In this document: positions 37,036 to 51,400 of the stretch, in pieces
Layout: the number at the start of each line of letters is the position of its first letter
Numbering within the stretch: the stretch's first letter is position 1
Source: Pristiophorus japonicus
Taxonomy: Eukaryota
Reading direction: 5' to 3'
Assembly: GCF_044704955.1 (NCBI RefSeq)
Contig: NW_027251257.1
Coordinates: 1,054,001 to 1,118,000, forward strand
DNA length: 64,000 nt
Notes under the pieces: model-generated
Told to the model about the DNA's origin: nothing
Database searches by the model: none
The model's input: only the letters and a program-made list of their open reading frames with translations
Program-made: the position numbers and the translations under genes

Positions 37036-38650
37036 TTACATTGCACTCTTGAACTGCTCTCTGAACTTGGTCTGTGTTACCCCATCAATAAATGTGTTCG
37101 TGCAGCAACTTGAATTCCGCAGTATATATCCGACTTGTTCAAATATATATAAGGAATCATTGTGATCATAATTATTTGTGTTTGTAATAGTAAAATAGAA
37201 GAATTCTATAACATATAAAAGCCACAGCAGTATGAAACTCCCTGATACAGTGAAGAGTTCAATAATAGACTTCCTCCTGCTCTCCATCTCTGGGTTACTG
37301 CCATTCTCTCCCTTGCTCTCCCCCCTCAGTCCCTTAGGACAAGACTGGCCACTAAAATGTGTCTGGCTGTCAGAGCGTTGAGCAACAAAATTAAACCGAA
37401 TGGGAGCAAAGGGGTTAAAATCGTAACAAACCAGTCAAATGCCACCCATCCTTGCTCAGTATAGTAGCTTGATTTGATATCACAAAACCACGGTACATTG
37501 TTGATTATCTCTCCGGGTTTATATGTGAAATAATAGGGAACGTTTTTCAAACAGAGCACAAGGCAGGAGCTTGCTAGAACGACAGTTGCAGTTTTCCCAG
37601 TGGAATAATTTGTTTTCAGCTTCTGGCACAAATAGCCACAAAGCGATCAAAGCTGAAAGCAATTGTTAACCAGACAGATCAGGCTATCGATGCACGGCGC
37701 AGTATTTTAATAACACTGCATATTGGTGTGATGCGCAGGAAAGATCCTGGAAAAAAATAAGAACTGATCCAGTTCAATATGACCTCAATTATAATGCCCA
37801 GTTGGTCGAAGCTGCCATGGCCACAAGGTAGCGTGTGATACATGTGGAGAGGGTGCACTTTCCTCGGGACAGCATCACAATCGCCACGAAATTAACTGTA
37901 AGGAAGAGAAGGGAAAAATGACAAAGATTCATTGATTAAACTCAACAACCGTCTTCCATAACTGAACTCAAATAGTAAGTATATTAACGTAGGATATCGC
38001 AGTTATCGCACCCCAGGTCCATGCAGCTGTACTGTGATTAACAGTTACTGCATAGGGGTCAAGGGCAGGATCCAGGGAGGAATTGATTTCCCCAGCGCAG
38101 TGGCTCTGAGCTCCCAGTCCAATTCCTATCACGTCCCCGTGCTGAAAGACAGTACGTTCCATGGAATTCCAAGCTTTGAGGCTGCATCTTTATATTGAGG
38201 CAATGAAGAAAAAACTGCCCAATATCAAAACATTTCAGTATTCACTTTCAAAAGCATTTTGTGACCAACAGCGATTATGATTCTACATCGACTGATTTTC
38301 TGAGTAATACATGCGTTTGTCGAGTTGCCTGCACTGTAGTGAATTGCAAGATTAAAATGATTTCCACTGACAACAATTATTTAGCGTGCTTATAGTTTTG
38401 AAACAGTATTACATACCCTGTTAGGTCAACGGATTGAAAGGGTGCGACCATTGGAATTCTATCACTGACCCAGTCACTGAATAAAGGTCATAATTGGTCC
38501 AGATTTTAACCGTGTTAGTCACCGAGCATTCCCAGGGAACAGTTCACACAGATTATATAAATTATCTGACTATAGTCACTTACCAGGAAAACCAATGACA
38601 GCAAGGGCGACAGAGCATATTTTTCTGATGCTGCGAAATGTTACAGTAAT
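37036..38650 (-). pseudogene. GPR139-like rhodopsin-family GPCR pseudogene (exon 1 ~38650-38584, exon 2 37895-37036)
   Basis: AVIGFP|VNFVAIVMLSRGKCTLSTCITRYLVAMAA, SVWLTIAFSFDRFVAIC, LTPLLPFGLILLLNALT, ESRRKSII.LF..SGSFILLW, SCCTNTFI; start codon apparently ATT, premature TGA and frameshifts. Confidence 0.88.
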
Positions 38651-39239
38651 TTTTTGTTGGAAGTGTTGCTGACCTTTCGTGCTATCGGCAATCGCTCTGA
38701 ATTACATCTGAAGTGATACATTCATATAGCCTTTAATTTATACCTTGTGGTGTCTCTGCTGGGTGAGTCAGGTTGTAGCACCGGTAAAATTAGGTTCATG
38801 TTTGAACAAACAGATTACGGTACGCGAGTTCAGTCCCTGTTGTGATCGCATATATTGAAATTGCATTGCCTTGTTGAAGGGACAAGAACGAAATACTGGA
38901 CAATTCAGTTAATAGTTGTTATCTTAAATTAAAACTGAAGCCTGTGTTATATCATGAATGGTGCAGATCTTTGACAGTACCGCAATATTTATCTATATTT
39001 GTGTGGTGATTTATTGCATTCTGCTCTGTAAATTGAAAGTAATGCAGCAACTCAAACTAATCCCTGCCTGAAAGCAATCCCAAAATCAAAGCAAACTGGC
39101 TAACTCAAGTCTCGAATCAAACCAATCAAATTCAAATCATTCCAAAATGGAACTAACTGCTCAACATAAACCAACCTTCTCATGCAAAATACAAGTCGTT
39201 AATACACCTACATAGTGGGCGTATAAACGTAAATGTATA

Positions 39240-39800
39240 TTAATAAAGATGACTGTGAGGGCCTGAATGTAGTTAGGAGGAATGAAGATGCCACATTTTC
39301 AATGGAATATCAGAGTCTAATTGGAGTATAGGAGCAAAGATAGAAAGGATCATTGAAAGCAGCCACATACATTAACACGTTCACAACAAATACAAAAAAA
39401 AGCAGATGCGTTAATTTCTAGAAGACAGCAGGGACGTTAAATTAAACTTATGTAGACAATTGGTTTGACCAGACTTAGAGTACTTTGCATAATTCTCGTT
39501 TCCATCTTCCAAAAAGTATATTGAGGAGTGGAGAAGGTGCACTTTTATTTCAAAGGACAATAGTAGAACTGGATGCAGTTAAGTATCAGGGGAACTAAAT
39601 AGGCTCTGACTCTTTTCTCTAAAAGGAAAATCTGAGGGGTGACATTTGAAGGGCATTTATATTTATACAAGTGCTGATTGCGTCGACGTGTAGAAGGTGC
39701 TACCAATTGTGGGGAGTCAAAACGCGGTGCCATAACAATAAGAAAGTAACCACTAAATCCATTCAATAATTGATGGAAAATCGTTCCGAAAAAAGTGGAT
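39240..39800 (+). mobile_element. Old CR1 fragment
   Basis: Decayed LV.PDLEY and RGDI..AF motifs. Confidence 0.55.
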
Positions 39801-41230
39801 AGAACATAAGAACGGGAGAGTTTCATACGGCCGGTCAAGCCTGCTCCTTCATTCAATAAAATTATCACTGAAATTTGACATCAACAACACTTTCCTGCAA
39901 AATAACTTGATTCATTTACTGCAAAAAATAAGAACTTAATCTTCAGAACATAAGGAATAGATGCAGGATTAGACCATTCGGCCCCTCGAGCCTGCTCCGC
40001 AATTCAATAAGTTCAAGGCGGATCTAATCATGGAGTCAACTTCACTTCTTTGCCATCTCCTCAGAAACGTTCAATCCCTTAACGTTCTAAAATCTGTCGA
40101 TTTCCACCATAAATATATTCAATAACCCAGCATCCACTGCTCTCTGTGGAGAATTCCAAAATTTCATGACCTTCAGAGAAGAAATTCTTCCTCGATTCCT
40201 TTTTAAATGGGCGATACCTTATTCTGAAATAATGGCTCCTACTTCTAGATTCCCCCACGAGGGGAAACAACTCTCTGCCTCTACCGTGGCAAGTCCCCTC
40301 AGAATCTTAGACATCCAAATAAGTTCACCTCTCATTCTTTTTTACACCAGTGTGTACAGGCCCAACCTGCTCAAGGTTTCTGATAAGATAACCCCTTCAT
40401 CTCAGGAATCAAACTCGTGAACGTTATCTGAACTGCATCCACTGCAAGTTTATCGCTGCATAAATAACGATACCCAAATTGTATGCAGTACTGCGGGAGT
40501 GGTCTCACCAACGCCCTGTACAGTTGGAGCAGGACGTCACTACTGTTATATTCCATTCCCCTTGGTATCAAGGCCAATATTCAATTTGCCTTCCAATGTA
40601 TTGCTGTACCTGCATGCTAACTTTACGTGTTTCATGTGCCTTACGCAGATCAATCAGTAGTAGCGCAGCATTATTTAATTTCTCCACATTTAAATCCTAA
40701 TTTGCTTTTTTATTTTTCCTACCAAAGTGGATAACCTCACATTTTCCAACATTTTACTCCATCTGCCAAAGTGTTGCCCACTCACATAGCCTATCTATAA
40801 ACCTTTCTGTGTTATTTGCGTCGTCCTCACAACTTTCTTTCCCACCTACCGTTGCATCATCAGCAAATTTGGCTATGTTCCATTCTGTCTCTTCATCGAA
40901 GTAATCAATATCGATTGTAAATAGTTGAGGCCGCAGGAATGATAGCTGTGGCACCCCACTGTTTACTATCAGCCAAACTGAAAATAACCCATTTATTCCA
41001 AATCTGATTTCTGTTAGCTCGCCAATCTTCCATCCATCCGAATATATTACCCCACCCCGTGCCCTCCTATCTTCTGCAACAACCTTTTATATGGCACATT
41101 TTCAATGCCTTTAGGAAACCAAAATACACCACACCCACCCGTTCCGATTTATCCACCCTGTTCGTCAGATACTCAAAGAAAGGCAATAAATTTGTCAAAC
41201 ATGTTTTCGCTTTTCATAAAACAGTGCTGA
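39800..41230 (-). mobile_element. CR1 fragment(s)
   Basis: AKFADD, LYRALVRP, two successive CR1 3'UTR/tail copies at ~39800 and ~39945. Confidence 0.85.
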
Positions 41231-44200
41231 ATTTGCTTGAGTGCGTTAGGATTTTCGGAATTTCCTTGCAGACCAACTTATAGACGAGACTATAGATTAT
41301 AGAGACAATCCATCAGTTATTCTGGAATATACTCATCGATTGAAAATCCACAGTCCTGTGGAATAGAACATTCTAAAGTTCACAAGCCTCTGATTGAAGA
41401 AATGTCTTCTTACCTCAATCCTAATTGGACGACCTCTTATGCTAGGAATATGACCCTACTTCTACATGTACCATCACCGGAACACACTGACTTCACATCT
41501 AACCTGTGAAGCCCTTTATGAATTTTAAACGTTTCAGTGAGATCACCATTCTAAACACTAACAAATATCGCTCCATTTCATAAACAAGCAAATAGAGACA
41601 CAAATCCAAAACGCATGTCATCGACTACATAGATGTACAAATATAGCAGACGCATGGAAATATCGCCATCCATTCATAGTCACTGGATCAAAATCCTGGA
41701 ACTCCCTCCTTAACAGCACTGTGGGAATGCCTTCAGGATACTGACTGCTGCAGTTTAAATAGGCGACTCCCCACCACCTTCGAAAGGGCAATTATGGATG
41801 ATGCATCATCGCTGTCTTTGCCCACGGCAACCACATCCCATGATAGAATAGTAATCAAATGCTGCCCCAAATCTCCTCATAAGAGAGCACTCTCGACCCA
41901 GGAACTATTCTTTGTTGCACACCATCTATGGCAATTACGTCCTTCCTTTAGTCAGGAGACCAATATGTGCACAATACTCCAGCTGTGTCCTCATAAAAAT
42001 CCGATATAATTAAGCAAGACTTCCTCACTGATAAACTCTAAACCAATTGCAATAAAAGCTAACATAGTGTGGTATGATTTTAGAATTCCACGATAGTAAG
42101 ACACTGGCAGTACACAATGTAGGTGAGCAGCAATCCCATAGCCCGAGCAACAGTAGGATAGAGCTGTAATAATAAATTACATTACGTACACTGTTCCAAG
42201 AAATCGCATGGGACAGGATGTCCAGATGCGACAATGTAAAATCACAATCGTCTGAGACTGCGAGATGTGTACTTTTCTGTAACGGTAATAGACATTGTGT
42301 TTGAGATGTACAGCCCATACAATTCGAGCGAACTTGTATTAATGCATTGTCATCATGAGGTTTTTGATATAACGTTAACTTTCAGGAAATCTTGTGGTCA
42401 TGCGGATCAGGTGTGTCTCTGTTCAAAATAGATCAATGTAGCTGTATATTTGAAGTAAAAGAGAAAATGAGTGTGGGAAATCTTCAGTAATGACTCAATA
42501 AGATCGCTCTCACTGCAGGTATAGGATTTAAACGATTCTTTGACTTTCAACAGACTTTGAGTAGTGTATTCATTGGTTACACTATACAAAATGGCGTAGT
42601 CGACAGTATTCCCCTGGGAGACAAACATATGGCCGTTGACAGATCATCACCGAGTGAGTATTTTAAAATACCACGCTAAAAATCCGATGTACTCTGACGG
42701 AACGTGTTCGTCAACTAGGGAATCCGAACAGAGAGAATGCTGTGAAAGGAAAAAGACTCGTGGTAAACGTAAGTATGTCTGTGATGTGTATGTTGTATGT
42801 GTGGTTGTGTTTAGTTGACTAAGAATATCATATTGTTTGATTAAAAAAATTTGTATAGAATTGTGTTGCGATATTTGCTGGCAGGTTGGAAGACAATAAG
42901 AGATTGATATTTTAAACGGGATATATATGTTGTGTAATATATATATATTTTTATTGATACTCTTAATGCAGTGGTCCAACTGTGGTCTATCAAGGGCCGC
43001 CTGTCATGCGCACGGAAAGTACTGCCTAAGCAGTAGGCAGATAATTCTTATCTGTCTCTCAGTTCGGTCATTGGTGATGACTGGCAGCAGTAAAATAGAG
43101 TGGGGGCCTGAAGGGTCGCTCACCAATTTTACGCCGATGATCGTCAGGGACTTATAGACAGAATGATGAAGGGCAGTTGGGATCCCTCACAAGAGCCATC
43201 GATTCAGAAGGAAGGGTGGGAGCAATAAAATTTCTATAATTGTAGCACGACAGTTTCTAACATACAAAGAACTGACTAAACCAGGAATAGAAGAACTTAA
43301 GAAAATAAGAGAGGAAAATAAAAAAATGAAGAAAATGTTACAAGAACGTCGGGTGGGAAGATTTGGAGGTGGAAACATGGACGGAAACACAGATGTACCC
43401 ACGCCACATAGAGAAGTTGGGGAGAAAGCGCTGGAGTGCACATCAAGTGATGAAGAGGAACAGGCATCTCTGGCGCCTGTCAGAACCTTGGTAAATCACC
43501 AGCGAAATATAAAGGCAAGATATGCAGCGATCACACCATTATGGAAACAGGGAATTATCAAGGGCCTGCCTTACTGAAAGGCCCATCACGGAAATACATT
43601 TCTCTGGAGTTAAAGGAGACTACCGAAATGCATAACATGCATAACTGAGATATACACCAAATCGTAACGGCAAACTGTCCACGCGATATATGGAATACAT
43701 TGACAAATGCCCAACGGGGTAATGGATGGATTCCCGCATATAATGCTGATACTGACGTATGACAGAAGGCGTTAGATGTTTGTATCGTGACCGTCCACAC
43801 AGCCTTGGGCAATCCTACACCAAACTGTAGGTTCATACTATTAGTTACAGAAAAGAAAAATGAGAACAATAATGAAGATGGATAAAGGTAGTGGACATCA
43901 GATCGGTAATTCTCAGGACAACCTGAGCCAATCAAGGACGACAAGGCATATTGGAAAATGCTAAAAGATGGTTCCTCCAAGGAAATCAGAAATTTCAAAA
44001 ATTGTGGGTGATAGCCGCCGATACGCATGATGGGTTAATCATCTGGTCACGTCAAGTAGACAGTGATAGCAATGCAACACAGATAAAAAAGGAAGTGGCT
44101 GCAGCTACAACCCCCGGGAGTGGGTTAGTGGGACACGTAAAAAGGGATTGTGGCCAAAAGCAACCTACGCGGCCGCAAGTCCAATGCATTAATTGTCAAT

Positions 44201-44574
44201 GTATCGGCCAGAACCAGAGAACAGTGTCGGGCCAAGGGCGGCGGTTGCCAGGACAGGGACTCATGCTGGGTTCGGGGTGGCATGGGCGACTCCTTTAAGA
44301 TCACCCAAACTCACCGACCAACAACTGCTCCAGGCCTTGATGGACATGGACCGCATTTGAAGGTCAGCGGCCCACTTGCGGAGTGAATTTGACCCACGAT
44401 CAATGTAACAGCGTTGTTAGGTGGCCAGCCGTGCGAAATTCTAGTGGTCACGGAAGCGCCAGTCTCAATTACGGATGTACTTTGTCAATAACGGGGTTGG
44501 AGATATCATCCACATAAGAAAAACTAAGTGAAGTCACGTATTTAAAGTTAGCGGGAATCATATAACATAATAAG

Positions 44575-45553
44575 TTAAGAACATAAGAAGAGTGAAAAGG
44601 AGTAGGCCTCCAGCCTGCTCCGCCATTCAATTAGATCATGGCTGATCTGATCACGTACTCAGCTCCACTTCCTCGCCCGCTCCCTATAACCCCTTATCCC
44701 CTCATCTTTTAAGAAACAGTCTATTTCTGTGCTAATTTTAATCAATATCCCGGATTCCACAGATCTCTGAGACAGCATATTCCACAGAATTACAACTCTC
44801 TAAGAGAACAAATTTCTCCTCATCATTGTTTTAAATGGGTGGCCCCTAATTCTAAGATCGTGCCCCCTAGTTCTATTCTCCCCCGTCAGTGCAAACATCC
44901 TCTCCACATCCATCTTTTCGAGCTCGCTCATAATCTTATACATTCACCTCTCATTCCTGTGAATTCCAATGAGTAGAGATCCAACCTACTCAACCTATCC
45001 TGATAATCTACCCCCTCATCCGTGGAATCAACCAATGTACCTTCCCTGAACTGCCTCCAATGCAAGTATATCATTTCATAACTATGGAAACCAAAACTGC
45101 CCGGAGTATTCCAGGTGTGGCCTCAACAATACCCAATACAGCTGTAGTAAGACTTCCTGCTGTTAAACATCTTCTCCTTTGAAATAAAGGCCAACATACC
45201 ACTGGCCTTCGTGATCATTGCTGTACCGGCATACTATCATTTGTGTTTCATGCACAAGTACCCAAGTCCCGCTGTACTGCGGCAATTTGCGATCTTTCTC
45301 CATTTAAATAATAACTCGCTCTTTGACTTTTTTCTGTGAGATGCATGACCTCACACTTTTCAACATTATAGTCCATCTGACAAAATTTGGCCCACAAACT
45401 TAGACAGTCAATGTCCTTTTGCAGATTTTTAGTATCCGCCTCACATGATGCTTTTCCTCCCAATTTTGTATCGTCAGCAAACTTTGCTATGTTACACTCA
45501 GCCCTTTCTCCCAAGGCATCAACATAGATTGTAAATAGATGGGGCCCCAACTG
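44575..45553 (-). mobile_element. CR1 3' fragment inserted in the old ERV pol
   Basis: GPHLFTIY...AKFADDTKLGG...QRDLG; aagaacat tail. Confidence 0.9.
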
Positions 45554-46633
45554 AGATTTATGTCATGCCTAATAACGAAGACCACAATATTGGCGATAAT
45601 TCTCTTGGACCAATTAGCAGCATTAGTTCATCGGCGAGAAAATAAAATAGTCTGGGTAAAGACCAGCAGAAAAATACCAACACCTTTGTGGAAATTTACA
45701 ATGCCGATATTCAAAATAGGGTAGGGAGTAAGCAACGCTTCGAAGGAACTGGAAAGCCCTGTAATGATGGGGACCCATTTGCCAGAATATCAGTGGAGTG
45801 TGACCAACGTCCAAACAGGACTGCACGCTAGTAAAGGGCGACCCGGTCACAATTCCCGGACCTGAAGGCAGCCCTCACAAGCAGTATCCCATTCAGCCTG
45901 AGACTATATATGCCATAAAAAAATTGTAAGTGACCTATTTTAAGTGGGATAATTGGTGAGGCAGAAGGGACTATTAACTCCCCAGTGTAGCCTCTAAAGT
46001 AACCGGATGGATCATACCAGCTGACTATTGGTTATACAGCAATCAATAAAGTAACCCCTAGAAAAAATCCTTTCATGGCCATTCCAGCCACGAATTTGAA
46101 AGGACTCAAACACGAAAACAAGGCATTCACCGTGTTGCGCATAGCCAACGGATTTTGGTCCATACCCCTGGAATAATAAACCCAGGATAAATTCGCCTTT
46201 ATGGCAGGCCACCAATACACCTGGACACAGGTCCCACAAGAGTTCCACAACAGCTCGGCGATATTTCACCAGATTATGATTCGAATCATTGAGAAGATGG
46301 ACCTAAACCCTGAGAGAAGCACGATGCTGCAGGAGGTAGACGACCTGCTGTTTGCCTCAGGGGATGACAGGGGTCACACAGATGCATGTATAGAGGTCCT
46401 GGAATCAGGGCTTAAAGTGAACCATAAGAAATTTCAGATTGGACAAGCTACAGTGCAATGTCAAATGACAGCAAATAATCTGTTAGAATTATGTCACGAG
46501 CAAAGACAGTCCGTGGGTTTCGTGAAGTGCTGTGATTCTTTAGTTACTGCAGGGACTTCATAACTAAGTTCACGTCAACCACGGAACTGGTGCATAGACT
46601 GCTAATGCCGCCTGCGAGGCTGACACCTCTGCA

Positions 46634-47095
46634 TGTCGAGGAAATATTTAGCTTAAATTAACTCAGGCGGAGACTTTCAGAAGTGCACTTCGAGAGAATT
46701 TATTTTAAAAAGCAAGATATATCTCGGAGAGCCTGCTTGGACCGTACCAAGGCAAAACTCTGTCGTACAAGCAAATTGCACTTATCTTTATACAGAAATT
46801 GAATACAGAAAAAGAAAAATAATCTTATTCATTAGTCCCACGAGTACAAAGGTCGTCTCGGGAGGTACACACTCGATCTGTCCTTGCATAGTTTCTCTCT
46901 GTTCACAGTGTGATAAGCAAAGCAAAAGGAGACTCCCTTTTAATACCAGATGGTCACCTAATTGCATCTCTAAGTTTCAAGGCTAAAAAGCGTGGCTATT
47001 TTTCTAGTCTTATTATTTCTTTAAGCATAGCAAAAAACAGAATTTAACCCTTCCCTCTAAATTAAGCCAGGTGTTCATAGATTCTTTCTTACACA
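46634..47095 (-). repeat. 3' LTR
   Basis: TG...CA termini; polypurine tract AAGGAAGGAAT adjacent at 47096-47106. Confidence 0.95.
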
Positions 47096-48225
47096 ATTCC
47101 TTCCTTGTTGATCTTTTTATTTTTTAGATCAACACAATTTCCTGTATTCTCTTCTTGAGCAAAAGGGGGTGTATACCCTTCAGGATAGTGTCGCATTTGG
47201 AGATATCCGTCTTCATCAACCTTTTCCTCTAAGCGACTTAACCTTCCTTTCATGTATATACCTTTTCTTTCTATTTCGGAGAGCAGGCCTATTACTTGAC
47301 TAATTACATTTTTTAATTTTATCCACATTCCGCAAAGGATTATTAATAATACAAGCATAACCACACCTACGATTACTATGGGGTGTATAGCAAGCTTCAG
47401 TACTGCTGTAATCCTTCATCCCAGGCATTTCTGATCTTTATATCTTCCCTACCAGTCCCCCGACGGCCTGGATTTTATTTTGTAGGGTCTCAATATCCAT
47501 GGAGTTCAATGCTCCTATTCCTGCTCCCACTCCACCTAACACAGTCTCTAATACATCCCGTTTCTTTCTTTGGGGTCTTTCTTTTTCAAAAGATACCTTA
47601 ACACTGGTTGTGTGGCAACCATCTTTTTTCTTTGGGGTATATTTAATTCGTATTGTTAGATTTAATACACCTGGGGATCTTACCACTGGGATGCAAGTGG
47701 TCAGTATCCTTTTTAGATGTCCCGGGTCCCGGTCTTCTGGGTGGTCAGATTCTTTTACTGACCATTTTACCACAAATGGGTCTCCTCCATTCACCGGGGT
47801 GTTATTCATGCACAACATCCGCTGCCCTTCTACCATACTTGTAAAAGAATAACTACCTTTTCTCCTGTCCGGCCTTCCTATGTACCCTCATCTCTTGTTT
47901 TTCCCTGTGCTCAGGGTACACTTCATCCACACATCGGCCTTGTATTCTATGAACAACCGATACCCTTTCCCCAATATAAACTGGAATTCCCCTCTTTCTT
48001 CCTTCATTCCACATGCCTCACATCGTGCCGTAAAATTCCATACTTTACAACTTTGGCCTACTGGGCATATAAAATTGCCTTGCTGCCTTATACTATTACT
48101 TCTTTCCCATACCATATTTTTCCTTCTTTTAGGACTTCTTCCTCCTGCCGGGAGTTCCCTGTCGCTAAAATGATCAGTATACCTAACGTCCATTTATAAT
48201 TTTTCCAAGAGTCCCTTCCCATCTT
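47089..48225 (-). pseudogene. env: ERV env, unit 1, frameshifted and internally deleted
   Basis: Signal peptide WTLGILIILATG, furin site RKKR, fusion peptide DVLETVLGGVGAGIGALN, TM anchor HPIVIVGVVMLVLLIILCGMW. Confidence 0.9.
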
Positions 48226-48439
48226 CCCTTTCTTGTTTGTTTCTATACTACTCTTGAAATAAGTTGTTACAATAACAACACGTCCACACGATAGTAACAG
48301 TGACCCAAATAATAAAGGCCCAAACTGGCACACAAATGAGCTCTGACATCCGTCCGTGAATTTTGGGCAATATTTTCAAGTCCAAATATTTAATACAAGA
48401 GCAGGTACAGTTCTTCAGCTAGAAGATGGCTGTTTTCTT

Positions 48440-51400
48440 AGTCGGGCGACCGTAGTACGTCCTGGTTCAATGCCTTTTACTTCGGCTGTAATTCGTCGGG
48501 GAAATAATATTTACAGCGGGTTGCATGCACCCAGTTCGGGTGCTTTTCCAACTTCAAAGCGGTTCGTGTTGTGAGAATTATCTGATACGGTCCTTTCCAC
48601 CTAGGAGAAAAGGATTCTTTATTTAATGTTTTTACTAACACTTGATCTCCAGGTCTGAAAGGGTGCATATTTCCTTCCGACGGGGGCACCTGTGTCTGCT
48701 TTATTTGTTCATGCAGACTTCTTGCTATTTCACACATGGCCTGAGCATACTTTAGTGATTTTTCATCATTCCAAATTAATGCTATTTTTTCATCTGACAG
48801 TGGTGGTTTTACGCCAGTAGGCATTGGTCTTCCCAATAAGGCTTCATGTGGTGTCAAATCAGTGTTTCGGTTTTTCTGGTTTCTCATTGTATACAATACT
48901 AATGGTAAGGCTTCTGGCCACTTCAGTCCAGTCTCCTGATATACCTTGGTAAGGGTAGATTTTATTATCCCATTTACTCTTTCTACCATTCCCGAGGACT
49001 GTGGCTGATATGGTATATGTAACTTCCACAGGAACCCGAACGCTTCTGCAAGGTTTTGCACTATTTTTCCGGTGAAGTGGGTTCCCCTGTCACTGTTGAT
49101 TCCCATAGGTATCCCATATCTTGGTACTATTTCTTTAAATAGAATTTTTACTACTGTCCGGGCATTTTCAAAGGGCATACTTGGTTGGGGTAGATGATCA
49201 TATCCAGCAGGTGTTTTACCTCTGTTATTTTGTTGACAAATTTGGCATGTTCTAGCAACTTTCTCAATTACTACTGTTATTCCTGGTGCATACCACTGTG
49301 CATTAACAGCATGTATCATCCCTCCTTTGCCCATGTGAGCCTGACCGTGTGCTAGGCGTGACAGGGGCAAAAATAGAGATCTAGGCAAACAGTTCGCCCA
49401 TCAGGGTGATACCAAATGTCGTTTTTTAAAAAACAACCCTGGTTTTCCCAAGTTCTTCCTTCCTGCATGGTAACTTGTTGTTGGGCTGTTTTAAGTTGTT
49501 GGATGTCAAGTACCTGTGGAGGGGAGACTGAGACTGCTTGAAGGCAGTCTGCCTGTGCCGAAGCGGCCTGTTTGGCTGCTTCGTCAGCCCTCCTATTTCC
49601 TACTGATACTCCATCCTCACCGGTTGTGTGAGCTGCTCGTTTGATAACGGCTACCTTACTTGGCAACTGAATGGCGTCTAATAGATTAAGCACCAGTTGA
49701 GAGTGTTTAATATGCTTTCCACCAGAGGTGATAAAGCCGCTGTTTTTCCACAGTTGTCCAAAATCATGGACCACCCCGAATGCATATCTAGAATCAGTAT
49801 AGATATTAGCAGTATGATCTTTAGCTATTATACAAGCTCTAGTGAAGGCAAACAATTCAGCAGCCTGAGCCGAGGTTCCAGGAGGCAGGGCGAATGCTTC
49901 AACAGTTTCGTGGGGATTTACAATAGCATAGCCTGCCAAAAACAAATCATCCGACGGCCTATATGATGATCCATCCGTATAGAGAATAAGATCAGATTGT
50001 CCATGGGTTCTGTGAGCAAATCTGGTCTTGGTAAGGCGGCTACTTCCACCGTTAACAGACAATCATGCTGGTCTGGATCCTCTACTTCTTTAGTAGGAAG
50101 AAAGGTGGCTGGGTTCACTACCGGTGTACGTCGAAAGGTATAGTTAGGGTGTGACAGCAGTAATACTTCATAACCTGTTCTTCTAGACGCTGTAAAGTGT
50201 TGTGTGGCAGCTGAATTCAAAAGTAATAACTCAGCATGGGCTGTAATGACAGTACATGGATAGTCCAAAACAATGGATACCGACTTCTCCACCATGACCG
50301 CAGTAGCAGCTACAGCACGTAGACATGCTGACATTCCCCTTACTACTGGAGGCAGCAAAACCGAATAATAAGCAACTGGTCTATTTCCCCCACCATGTTC
50401 TTGGGTTAGTACTGCTGTTGCAAATACTGCGGGGCTTTCGGTGTATCCTTGGGGCAACCTGGTCCATGTGTACTGCTGCTTCTTGTGGGTGAAAGCAAAC
50501 AGATACTGACTTTCTTGATTTAACGGGATAGAGTAAAAAGCTGAACACATGTCTATTACAGTAAAGACAGTTGCTGTTGGTGGTATAGCAGATAGTATAA
50601 TGTTGGTGTTCGGTACCACAGGGGTGATAGGACTACTATCTTATTAATAGCTCTCAGATCTTGCACAAATCTCCATTCATTCGGCCTATTAACCTTTGGT
50701 ATGGGAAATATCGGAGTGTTACACGGGCTCTGTGTCTTTTCTAAAACTCCTTGTTCCAACAATGCAGAAATAACTGGCTCTATCCCATTTTCTGCCTCTG
50801 GAGGCAGTCTGTAATGCCTAATGCTTGGTAACACGGCGTTCTTTATCAATTGTACCCGATGGGGTACTGCAGAATGTACTTGCCCAACATGATTCTTATG
50901 CTTTGCCCAAAGTTCAGAAGATACTTGATTCAATGCCATTGGCAGCTTAGGGCTTGGTTGTTCCGGGGGTTGCTGTTTTTCAAAAGTGGAGGCATGATTT
51001 TTACCTTTCCACTGGAGAATCCCCCTGTTGTGGGTGATAAATTCTATCTGAACATTTTGCAATTTTATTACTGCCCAATGTTGATAGCCGTGTTGCTGTT
51101 TTTCTCTTTCTATTCGTACAATCATCAGACCCATATCTTTAGGTTTCGCTGGCGGTTTAACAGCCAATGTCAGATGGGGTGTCGAGTTCGCTTCTCTAAA
51201 CCGCTGTTGCTCTAAGGGTGTCAAATCGATGGCTACCCCCAATCTTTCTGGTCCAAAATAAATGCTTCGACTATTTCTTCTGTATTTAAAAAGGATTGTA
51301 CCAAACATTGGTAAGTTCCAGCTTTTTGTCGAGTGTACCAGGCTGTACAGTGAAGCTGAACTGCCTCAAAGCTTGTCAAAATTATATACATCAATTCTTC

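Noticed and set aside
42600-42650. PBS and 5'LTR end of the old ERV (gagaca...tggccgttgacag)
   Set aside because: Too decayed to assign a tRNA, and there is no second LTR in the window to confirm boundaries
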